Assembly: GCA_020536535.1 (NCBI GenBank) | Contig: JAHLWZ010000351.1 | Span: 19,056-83,055, forward strand | DNA length: 64,000 nucleotides | Direction of reading: 5' to 3' | Source: Pelomyxa schiedti | Taxonomy: Eukaryota > Protista > Evosea | Part shown: one piece after another, positions 12,101 through 23,293 of the stretch | Position numbering within the stretch: position 1 is the stretch's first letter | Layout of the letters: every line of letters begins with the position of its first letter | Notes under the pieces: model-generated | The model's database searches: none | What the model was told of the DNA's origin: nothing | The model's input: only the letters and a program-made list of their open reading frames with translations | Translations under genes and position numbers: made by a program

Positions 12101-15100
12101 ACCTGTAATATTACGACTGGTGTGTGCAATTGCTCTTCTGGGTGGCAACCACCGGATTGTTTTGCAAACTTGTGCTCTGATCTGAATTTCTGCACCTCAA
12201 GCTACAACGGAAATTGCAACACTACGAGCGGTGTTTGTGTGTGCAACAGTGAGTTCTATGGCTTGGAGTGTCAGTACAAGTCGTGTCCTGCAAACTGCTC
12301 ATTCCATGGCGTGTGCAATAATGCAACGTTTGTTTCGACGTTAAAGTGGTTGGGTTGTAACACTCACTCAAACATTAGGGGATTGTGCTCCTGCTATTCA
12401 GACTACCTTGGCGCCGTATTATTATCCCCTCTTGAGTTCTTCCATTTTCTCAGTTTATTCAGATATGTGACGAGTTCTCTGCTGTTTGCCCACCATCTCG
12501 TTCTAACGGGTGTTTTGGAAACGGTGTGTGCAACCACACAACAGGGATGTGCACGTGCTATCCTGGTTTCTTTGGTGCTGAATGCAATTACAGTGTGCAA
12601 AAGTTTTAATAAAAACCTCCTCAGTAACCTCGGCACAGCATACTGCCCAAACAACTGCTCTGGCCACGGAGCGTGCAACTACACAAGTGGTGTTTGCTCT
12701 TGTGCTCAGAATTACTCGGATCCCAGCAATCCAGCTTGCAGTGCTGTTTACTATGCCTGCCCGTATGTTCTTTCATGGCGGCTGGGGGTTGAATTAATCT
12801 TCGGGCAGGGATAACCTTTGCTCGGGGAATGGTTATTGCAAGCACTCCACTGGTCAGTGCGAATGCTACTCCGGTTTCCACGGGAACGTATGTCAGTACA
12901 AGAAGTGCCCTGCAAACTGTTTGGAGCATGGATCGTGTAACGCGGTATGCCAACCATGAAATCATCTCTGCTGTTCTGTTCTGATTTTGGGGGCAGACAA
13001 CCGGGGAATGTGTGTGCCAGCCACATTGGCTTGGAGTTTCTTGCTTGGAAGCCAACTGTAAGTTATCTCGTTCTGAGACTTCTTGTTTATCAACTCTTCC
13101 GGCAGATTCGTGCCCCGGCAATTGCTTTGGGACTCATGGATATTGTGATAAACTGACTGGTCAATGCACATGTTACCAACCCTTTTTGGCTCCTAACTGC
13201 CAGTATGGTACGTTCCCACAACCGTGCAATGTATTATTCTAAAGAAAACGATGAAAGCAACCTGCCTTTTCAACTGTTCCTATCCACATGGTGTCTGCAA
13301 CAAGTGAGTCGTCCATGATGGATTTTTTATTTCCTTCCATAAGAATCCTTATGAATTACTCTTATAGTTTGACTGGCGTGTGTGCATGCAACAGTTCATT
13401 TGCTGGAAAGGGTTGCCAGATCGCTAACTTCACGTGCCACCCAAGTTGCATCAATGGAAATTGCTATTCACTGTATGAGTTTTTGCCAATCAACCCAGAA
13501 AGCACCAACAAAATCCCTTCTTTTATTAGGACTGGACAATGCATATGCAATGCAATGTATTATGGTCAGGCATGCCAGTACAAGCAATGCCCTGGGAAAA
13601 CTCCTTGTTCTGGAAACGGTGTATGCAACAACACCACTGGTGTTTGTGACTGCTCCACCAACTTCACAGGAGTTTCATGTGACATCCCAAACTGTATGCG
13701 CCAATAACACAAGACCCATTGCCGCCTCTCAAATTCGTTTGCACATAGACAAGTGCCCCAATAACTGCAGTGGTACACATGGACACTGTGACCCGAACAA
13801 AGGTCAATGCATCTGTTATTCTCCCTGGACTCTTCCAGACTGTCTTGAAGGTAAGAACTGGAGAAATATATAACTATCATCCACTCATTCGTTCTGGTTT
13901 AGGAAGTTGTCAGTTAAACTGTTCTTACCCGCACGGCGTTTGCAACACGTTTGTTTTCCTCGCTTACGTTACTTATTATGTGGTTACACCTTCATTTGTA
14001 TATTTAAACAGTTCGACGGCTGTTTGCACTTGTGCTCAGAATTATATTGGCAAAAGCTGTCAGATTGCCAACTTCACTTGCCACCCAGCGTGTCTGAATG
14101 GGACATGCAATACTCTGTGTGTAAAATACGCTGTTGTTCGTGGTTTTCATTGACCCCTTTGTGGCATAGGGTCGGAAAGTGCATATGCAATGGCGGGTAT
14201 TGGGGAGATATTTGCCAATATAAAACCTGTCCCACAAATTGCCAGATTCATGGAGTCTGCAACAACGTATTAAATACATTTTATGAGCATTTCTTCCTGC
14301 CAACTTGATACTCCAGTTCACTGGAATATGCCATTGCAGCCAGAATTGGACTGGTGCTAATTGCATGGAGGCAAACTGTATGTGATATCTCGAAAATCAA
14401 TGAGGCAACGCTCAAATGATGTCCATCTCTTCAGATTCTTGCCCGAAGAACTGCTATGGGTCCCGTGGGCATTGTGACGCGACATCTGGCAAATGTTCTT
14501 GCTATTCTCCATGGACTCTTCCCGCATGTGAATTTGGTACTTTTTCCTTTCCTTCCATCCATTCATTTCAACTCACGAGTGCCCACACATACATAAGCTA
14601 CCTGCACACTCAATTGCTCATATCCAAATGGGGTCTGTAACATGTATGCATTTATTATGATTTCGAGTATCTCCTTCTCTTACGCACAAACTCTTAAAGA
14701 CACACTGGAGTTTGCAAGTGTGAACCAGATTGGACAGGAAAAGGCTGTCAGATACTGAATCTGACATGCTCCCCTCCGTGTATAAATGGTGCTTGTGATT
14801 CAGGGTATGGATGGAATCTTTTTGCGTGACCAATTTTCTCTGACTTCATGCAGAACTGGAAAGTGTGTATGTCAAGCCGGGTACTTTGGGGACACCTGCT
14901 TGTACAAACAAGTGTGTTCGAGTTTTTTTTTACTGTTGGAATCTCCAACTCAACAGCTCACAGTGCGGAGGTAAAACCCCATGTTCCAGCCATGGTATAT
15001 GCAATAATCTCACTGGAACTTGTTCGTGTGATCCCCACTACGACGGGAACTACTGTGAAATTCCTGATTGTTTGTCAACGATTATCATCTCTCCATTGTC

Positions 15101-16051
15101 AGTTAATTTCTTTCAGTTCCTTGTCCTAATAACTGCACGAGTGCTTCCCGTGGATCCTGCAATACTCAAACAGTTAGTATAAACTGTGATTATCCCAACA
15201 TAACACACTTAACAGGGACAGTGCCTATGCCGCTATCCCTACTACGGAACAAACTGTTCGCTGAGTAAGGCTTCATTTCCTTTCCTTTTCCTGGCCGTTC
15301 CTAAAACTTTTCCAGTGAAATGTCCCAACAACTGCAGAGGGCATGGAATCTGCAATTCTACAAACGGTGTTTGTATCTGCAACTCTCCGTACCTGCCCCC
15401 GGATTGCTATTTCAGTTTGTATCCCGTTCTCCACCTTCCATTTTCCCATAACCACACACATTAAAATCAACCAGTGTCTTGCCCGCTTAATTGTTCTGGT
15501 CATGGAACCTGCAATCCATTCACCGGCAAATGCACGTGCAAACCCTCTACCGAGTGGACAGGGCTCAACTGTTCCATCAGTAACAAACTCCCCTCCTTTT
15601 CTCTCCCCTTATCTTAATGCATCTTGCATCTTCTATGACATTCATCATTACCATCCACACCCAACCCAACTGAGCACACTTTCGCACGCCAACACAACTT
15701 TCCCGCAGTCTGTTATCTACTATCTGATATCTACTAATATCCTCACCCACTCATTCACTCACAGGAGAGTGCCCCAACAGCTGCAGCAACGCAGGGAAGT
15801 GCAACCAAGCGACGGGCAAATGCAATTGCCACACGGGGGCCAAGGGCTCCGACTGCTCGGGCGAGAACTGGTGGATCATCGTCGTGTGCGCCGGAGGCGG
15901 CACGGCCCTCGTGGTCGGCGGCGCCACGGCCGGCTTCGTGGCGGTGCGCCAGATGCGGATCAACAACGCGCGGTCCAGGCGCGCCAAGAACTCCGCGAGC
16001 TACGTGGACATGGACCCCTTGTCTGCTAGCGGTGGGGCGGGCACTCATTGA
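6111..16051 (+). CDS. Giant type-I membrane protein: signal peptide, CBM-like beta-sandwich, LamG/ConA-like domain, plant-type LRRs, IPT/TIG-like domain, long tenascin/EGF-like array, TM helix, short tail
   Basis: ATG 6111 plus intron 6121-6177 gives MAKAFRLVFVVLCATCTVG. Motifs: LEAEY...DKILIT; VELWA, HIAVR, GIDELRIWS (LamG); NLAYNNLVGSLP, LDDNSLTGPIP, LQYNQLSGTIP, YNNSLTGTIP (LRR); dozens of CPxNCSxHGxCNxxTGxCxC units. Last exon encodes WWIIVVCAGGGTALVVGGATAGFVAV then RQMR..YVDM..TH-TGA (16049-16051). Confidence 0.8.
10160..15860 (+). repeat. Tenascin/EGF-like Cys-rich repeat array spread over many short exons
   Basis: Recurrent C-P-x2-C-x2-HG-x-C-N-x2-TG-x-C-x-C motifs in ORFs 10878-11432, 12044-12814, 13012-13242, 13288-13707 and in exons between them. 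Confidence 0.85.
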
Positions 16052-16906
16052 TCGACATATACAACAAAAAAAACCTTTTTTTTTTTTATTTTTGCCATTG
16101 TTTGCTCCTCGGCTCGTAAGAAGAAAAAGCACGTTGGGAGCTTGCTACAAGCCGCTCTCGGCCTCGTAAAGAAAAACAACACTTTTGCGCTCGAAGAAAG
16201 AAAAACCAGGGGATGATAATGAAGTCTTTTTTTTTTAATTTTTTATGCACTCCTATTAGATAGTGGAGAAGTTGGGGGGGACCAGCCATGCACCGCCAAC
16301 ACATCACTAAAAGAATTGGAACGCATTATAAAAGGGATCGCGCCAACCATTTGTTTGCGATTGGGCCGGCGCCCCGGTTGCCGGTTGGGCGTACACCACG
16401 TCCACCGGTCCTAGGATCACGCGGCCCAGCCGTTTGGTGATTGCGATTTATTATGTTTCTTTTTTCTTGTTTCTTTTTTCCTTCTTCAGATCTGAGTCAC
16501 ACACTCCCAATTACGTAAAAATTTTCCTTTTTTTCTTTCTCGTCGTTCTGGGTTTCCAAGAGGTTTTTCCTTTTGTGAGTGTGGACTATGGGCCAGAGTA
16601 CTGTTTCTGCCTCTCGATTATGGGGTTCCGTCTCTCGTCGCAACACTCTGGATGCTCTTGAACATCATCCGCTGTCGCTGATCCCAGAAAGAGGCCGGAG
16701 ATTGAACTTGTGCTCGATGTGTGCAGTTGGGGCGTACCTCCGAAAACAAGTGTCCGACCAACAACAACAAGTTGGTCTTCCAGGGAAGATGGCCCGCGGA
16801 TGCCCTGGCGCTTGGGAACCCATAGACGTTCATAAATGTTACCAGAAGTGATGACAAAATTCTGTGGGTGGGTGTTCCACGGAGGAAGAAGGTTAAAAAA
16901 AGATTG

Positions 16907-19900
16907 TTAGCTTTGCAGAATTCGTATTATTTTACTGATTGGGGGTCTCCCTTCAGACTCAAACACCCAACACTCACGCATCACTTCAAGTGCCCAGGGT
17001 GGGCATTCCCAGGCTTGGCCAGTGCAGTGCCATTCAGCCGTTTCTGGTGAATGTAGTAATTCATATGCCTGTTTGGAAAGTAGGTCAGCTCTTGCTTGCC
17101 GGATGGATTCTTGTTCATTCCCAGGTGTAGTGGTGCTTGAACCCGTTGATGCTGATGTTGCCGGCTGCTCAGGAGTTGGTGCTGGTGGTTGTGGTTGCAC
17201 GTGGCCGGCGGCTATGGCCGATTTTACGGCATCGCGCTTCATTTCGTAGCGTTCTGTGTGTGCAATGAGCTTGCAGTAGGTTCCGGACCTCCGCAGGTGA
17301 TCGTAGGGTTCTGTGAACGGGTCTACAATGCCGCGGCAGAGGGTACCGAAATTCCACACGTCGGTGCCTAAGTCACTTTGTGGTTGCATTCTACAGGTTT
17401 CTGGCGCCCACAGTTGAATTGGTAGGTCGCGCAGGAGGCATTCTTGCATTCCTGCACTGACTTGGATATCGGCGAGTCCAAAATCCGCAATCTGAGGGCC
17501 AGTGAGATAAATGTATGTAAAAGTGGTGGCCAGATTAACCTTGGCCCATGGTCCGGCTTCTTGGTTGAGTGAACATATAAATACATTTCCTGTGTAAACA
17601 GCGTGTTAGGGCACGTTGTCAAGAGAAAAGAGAAGGAAGAAACCAGGGTGCAAGTCGCTGTGCTTCAAAGGGGGCTTTTGGCTGTGCAGGTGGAAAAGAC
17701 CTTTGGCTGCATCCAAAAGAATCTTTTTCCTAAGTGACATTGGTAACACTACTTCCATCATTTCGCGTTTCATTGACAATATTTCTGAATCGCTGTATGG
17801 CAGTGGTGAAGATGGTATTGTGGCTCTCTTTACCATCTCTTCAATTTTATGTGAAATCCTTCTGAGAACTTTGCCGTACAAGTGGCTGAGATCTGGTCTG
17901 GTGAGTGATGTCACTCCAAGAAACAGATGCAAGCCTTCTGGAATGGTGGGGCGAACAAACTCCATATACATGGATATTGGAAGGAGGCTGACACCATAAA
18001 ACCGAACAATGTTTTCGTTCTTCTTAAGACTGCTCATGACTCTAGCCTCGTGGAGAAATTCGCCAAGATCGGAGCTGTTCCCAGAAGAAATGTGCGGAAT
18101 CTTGACAGCAATCATTTTACCCTTATACACAGCTCTCATTACTTTCCCGAAAGAGCCGGAGACGGATGAAATCTCTTTTCTCTTGCCAGAAGATGCGGAA
18201 AGAACAGAGTCAGCTGTCAAAGAGAAAGTTGGAGGGAAGGTGGAAGCTGGTGATTCACTTTGAATGGATACTGGGGAAATTGAGGCAATTGGCGCATCAT
18301 CCAGGCCACAGGTGATCTTCTCTGAAGTCAGATTTTCTGTCTCTTTGAAATTCGTGAACAATGTAACCTCTTTTGGGTCTATAATTGGAAGGCTCTCCAT
18401 GGCAATGTCTGGTGCTGCCGCAGAGACAGTGCCTGTATGCCCAAATTTGCAGTGTAAAGAGCCGCTAGAACATATGGCATCAACACACTCCCGTAAACTG
18501 AACAGATGTGTGGAATAATCCGTTGGGTTAAAAATGGATTCCATTATGGGATTCAGGGATGTTGTTGTTGAGTGTGAATGGTGAAGTAAATTGGTTCCCG
18601 TCATCAAGCAGCCGGGGCATGCGACCCATTCAACAGCTGCTTTCTTCATGGCAGAATTGCACATAGATAAAAAGCAATTGATTACACACACGATTTGAGT
18701 GATGAGCGGAACTGAAGAAGATGCTGGGGTCAGAAGAGTAGCAGTAGATTTCAGCATGTTGTTGGAGGTCTGTGCAGTCGCCACATCCAAGCCTCTTGGC
18801 AACTCAGATATCCAAACTTGAACAACAAGACATTTACTTTCCTTGTCTAGGGTGATAAGAGCCACGTGTTTCGCAGTTCCACACAGCAGACTGGCTGAGA
18901 GGTGTGACTTGCTCGCCTTAACTTCTTCGAGTTGCGGAATTCCCATTATGCGAATCTGTAACCTAAAGTATGATCAAAAAAAAACCTTAGAATCTCTTTG
19001 TTTAGAAACCTTGGAAAGAAGACAACCGGAATGAACTCAAACTTATATACTCTGCCTGCGATAGAAACAGGGGTAAAGCTCAGTACCGGAGCGGCAATAG
19101 GAGCCGCAGGGAGTCTTAAAGGTATTAAAACCCTCTGATTGTTCAATTTGTATGCTACTTCAAAACTGAGAAGCAACTGGAGCAAAGTCTCGTGCATTGA
19201 TTTATCACCAAACAACTTTTCATTGAATACATTATGAAGATCAGTCATCTTCAAAACGGCGTTGTCCTCCCAGGATGAAGAATCACAGTTGTTAACCACA
19301 GTTTTCACAATTTCCAGTATAAACTCGTGTCGCAGGACGACAATATCTGAGAGTGATTGGGTGATCCCTGTATGAATAAGATGACCACTTCTAAAGTGTA
19401 TAATCATCCCGCTATCGGCAAGGAAGTTGGCACAACTCAGAAGTTCCATTTCAAAGTTCTCCTTTTCATGCTGTGAGCAGGTAGAGCTTGCGCCACCACT
19501 TCCAATTCCATTAGCTGAGGCAATAGAGCTAAATTCACTCCATTGCAATATGTTGGTGTGACCACGAATTTCTCCAAGACTGTTGTAAAGTGCAACCCAC
19601 TTTGGCGGAACATGGATGGGCTTGATAATCCCCTCAATGTGTTGCGCCAACATGTCAATGCACTTAGCGGATGGCTGAACAAGGGGTTGATCAATCAGGC
19701 CGCCAGTGCCTTTGGATGTCATGGCAAAAATAGCAGAGAACTTGAAAGATGGAAATTTTTCAAACATAAGGCGACCGATATTTAGAAGTGCTTCAAAGGC
19801 GGATTTCCTGTCCTCTCCATATGATTCCAAGTGCGTGCCCATCAATATGACCTTTTCGTCATGTTGTTGTGAGGAGCGAACCTCTCGGATTTGCCTGACC

Positions 19901-22900
19901 CAGGACTCAACTTGCGCGACAACATCAGTTGTCGAAAGAGATTCAGTGAGTTTGGTGATCAGAGCAGAGCCCGTAATGCTTTGAAATGTGGGATGAGTTA
20001 CAGATGGAGATGCAGATGTCCCAATGGGGCCAACGTGAGAAAGATTGATGACAATAAGGAGCACCGAGTCAGAACCTGCACATGCAGAAAGGGAGAGGTG
20101 GTCAAGACTAGTTATAAGCTTAGGAGGGTAGTAATTCTACTTCTGTTGGGGATTTTTTTTTTTTTTTTGAAAAAAAGTGTAAGTGAAGGATGAAGAAACT
20201 TGGAAAAATCATACAAAAAAAGCTGAGGAATTACTTCAAAACTGTAACTTGTGCCTAACTTCAGAGTTAAGAAAAGTTGCTTGGTATCGACAGCACACTT
20301 AAATCCCAGACAGTCCAATCTGAAGCCCCAGTACTGCTTCCTGACTTCTTGGATTTCTTTCTTAGTTTGTTGGAAGCACGTGTGAGGGCAGATGTGATTT
20401 CCAAATGCCCTGAATCATCAGCACCCAGGACAAGTACTTTGTGCTTGCGCCATTGAATTGGAGGAGAAAGGTCACCAAATTGGAGGAAGCGTTTCACATC
20501 GCACCACGAGGCACATTTCACACTTGATGTTGTTGGAAGATTGATTGTGGGAGGAGGAAATGAAACCTTGCTGGGAGTGAGGAAAGTGGGTTCCCAGAGA
20601 AATTTACAGACTCCATTTTGTGCAAGGAAGAAGGCAAGTATTCCAGATAATTTCCTCTTAGATCCAAACTACGGCACCTCAACTCACCAATCAATTTGTG
20701 AGGCAAATCACGCAATCCAAGATTGGCCCAATTTACATCCGAGTTAGACAGAAGATTTGATAGGCAGAGCAATTCTATCGCGTCCCAATTTCTCCATTTC
20801 ATCCAACAGCGTGAAAACCCCAGCAATGCTTTGTAGCACGTCCCATGGGATGAAGACTTCAACAATTTGAGGAGGTGTCGTGCTTCTTGATGCACAAACC
20901 AGTCGGCTGAAATTGCCCGTTTTCGGATGAGCAACTCTATGACTTGATCAGGCGAAGCATAATTGCTGAGAAAGGCCTGGGCAATGAAGTGCCGTGTCTC
21001 CCAAGACGGGAATAAGCTTGATGTCGCCGCTGTTGACTTCTGTGGCACAACTGAATGTGTCTCTGCAACAGTTTCTTTATGAGCATGGGAGGTTGCCATC
21101 GTAGCAACAAAATGTACTCGATGTTTCAATGCATAATTGAGCACTATGCACAGTTCCTGTGTCGGTGATGTTTTTTGCGCTAGTGGCGGATTTTGAATAG
21201 ATCCATCTGGGTGCAAACACAATTGAACGGCTTGGCGGATAGAAGCGTGCATATTACGAGCGCTATTGACACTAAGATCGATTTCCAATTTGGCAAGGAC
21301 GGCTTCGCAGGAACCTTTATTTCTTGCAACCATTTCTTTAACTTCTCTGGTTGCTGTATGGAGGCAACAGTTAGTAGGGGTATATGGCTGAAAAACTTAG
21401 ATGACCCACAATTTAACTGAAGAAATGTAAGTGTTGAATTCGTTTCCAACAGAGTCTTGAAGTACACAGACCCCGCAGGATCAGAATTTTCATCTGTCCT
21501 AAGAAGTGAGATATTGATAGTATGGATGTGGCTATTGTATAAAATATGTGCATGCAAACCAAGATATAAGCTGCCCAATGTGTCGTTGGTCTGCAGCCCA
21601 TTGGCCAAGCACTCAAGTGAACGAAGAGTTGAAATATTTCCTATCCCACAGAACAATGTTAGACTAGAACTGTTTCAATGGTCATGGTACCAGAGAGATT
21701 GAGTTCGAATAAAGTATTGTTATGTGCCAACATGTCGGCCATAGCTAAGAGCCCTTTATCCTCGATTCCATTCTCTTTGTAAAAATAAATAAGTGAATCA
21801 ACATCGAAGAAACCACTTGAAAGATTCAGCTTGGAAATGCTCGTGTTGATTAGAAGTGCCTCAGATAGACTGCAAGCACCTTGATCTTTGATATCATTCC
21901 CTTTTTTTTATAAGTGCTTTCGTTTTAGACCCTTAGTTCTACAATACAAATCCAAGACACATAGTATGTCGTTCACTTTTAAAAGTTCTGCAATGAAACT
22001 GGCTCCCTTGAAATCACACACATTGCCTATAAATGTATAGTTAAAAGGAGAAACTCTGTGCCCTCTGTTTTCTTACAAGATAGATTTAACTCGGTAACAG
22101 TGAAATTCTCCATCAAGGCTTCTGTTATATGCTTCATACCAAAAGAGTTGATATTGTTATCTGGTGTAATTGGTGGGTAAAGTGTAAGTCAAGTGTACTC
22201 TTACTTTGTAGTTTGATGGATTGGAGTTTTGACTTAGAAATCACAGATGCTATCTCAATACAAAAATCAGCAGGTGGCAAACTCCTGTTAGCTAAAAAAA
22301 AAAGTGTAAAAGTAAGGAGGAAAGAGAAAGATTCGTACAGGATCCCTCTTTAAGAGAAGAGAGGTCCAACTTCTTCAAGCGAGGCAGTGAGACCAACACT
22401 TGTGAAATTTCCTTGAACCCTTCCATTCCAAGATGGCTCCCTGAATAGTGAAATTATGAGAAAAAACAAACCTACATACACGGATGAACTCACACCAACA
22501 ATGCTCAAGTTGACAAGCTGAGAACCACAAAGGCCAGTGGATACCATTCCAGCATGCGGTGACAACATGTAAACATCTATACAGTGATTCATATGAGTTC
22601 CCAACAAGTAGTACACAGAGTTGGGGGAAAAAAACACAAACCCAAACGTACCAACAAAAAATAAGCCAAAAAGTGGGTGTGGCAGAGTTGAATTAGTACG
22701 AAGAGCACATCGTAGGTTCTCAGCCATTCCAGAGTTGAGGTTGTAACCTTTCAAACTCGTTTAGAAAAAAAAAAAAAAAGGAAAAAAGAAAAAGAGAATC
22801 ATAGGCAAAGCAAGCACCTTTCAGTGTTACTTCACGTGTATCACCCACGTTGATCTTGCTGACGAATTTGTTGAAGTCGTCGCCATGTCGACCGGTTGTC

Positions 22901-22902
22901 AT
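16907..22902 (-). CDS. ROCO-family protein: RNI-like LRRs, LRRs, degenerate Roc GTPase, COR, TKL-type kinase
   Basis: LRTNSTL and LETNSTL (RNI-like LRR); LDLRGNYLEYLP (LRR); KHKVLVLGADDSG..WDL..MGTHLE (Roc-like); VPPKW, FLADSGMIIHF, VYKFEFIPVVFFPRF (COR); GSFGKV..IAVK, EFLHEARVM, HSDLHPG|N, IADFG, WAPE, DVWNFG, RPPISKII-stop (kinase). Start ATG 22902 is tentative. Confidence 0.8.
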
Positions 22903-23025
22903 TCTCTTCACGAGGATTAACGACCAAACGTGTCTCCTCGCGGGCGATCAGGAGTTTTTCGTGTTTAGGAGAAACAGGTAAAAAAAACCCTTTGTTTTTT
23001 TGCGAGGCCACTTTGGCAGTGTTGG

Positions 23026-23237
23026 CGGGAACCCGGGAAAACGGGAAGAGAATTTGGGCGGGTCCCGCTCCCGGGAAATGAGTGGGTCTTCCCGATCTGC
23101 TAGGGAAATCTCTTATTTTCTTTTCTGTTTACAAAGTCCTGAGGAACAACGACGGCGAGGCAAAGGACAGAGTTGAGGAACCAGCTGACGCCCTCTCTTC
23201 CCGGGACTACCCGGGAAGCAAAAAAAAGTGTTTCCCG
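23026..23237. promoter_or_regulatory. Cluster of eight CGGGAA/TTCCCG motifs, including an E2F-like TTGGCGGGAA, upstream of the ROCO gene
   Basis: CGGGAA at 23026, 23034, 23042, 23072, 23212; TTCCCG at 23089, 23198, 23232; all within the intergenic spacer. Confidence 0.3.
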
Positions 23238-23293
23238 GCCAACACTGCACTTTAGTGACGAGATACTACAAACCACACAGTAGGGAAGATACC

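Noticed and set aside
15343-16029. 228-aa ORF with an Arg-rich C-terminus
   Set aside because: It reads through introns and is out of frame in the last exon; the correct frame encodes EGF + TM + tail ending at 16051.
16579-16851. Small plus-strand ORF (MGQSTVS..., 87 aa from the ATG at 16588)
   Set aside because: No recognisable motif or supporting exon structure; it may be real but cannot be supported.
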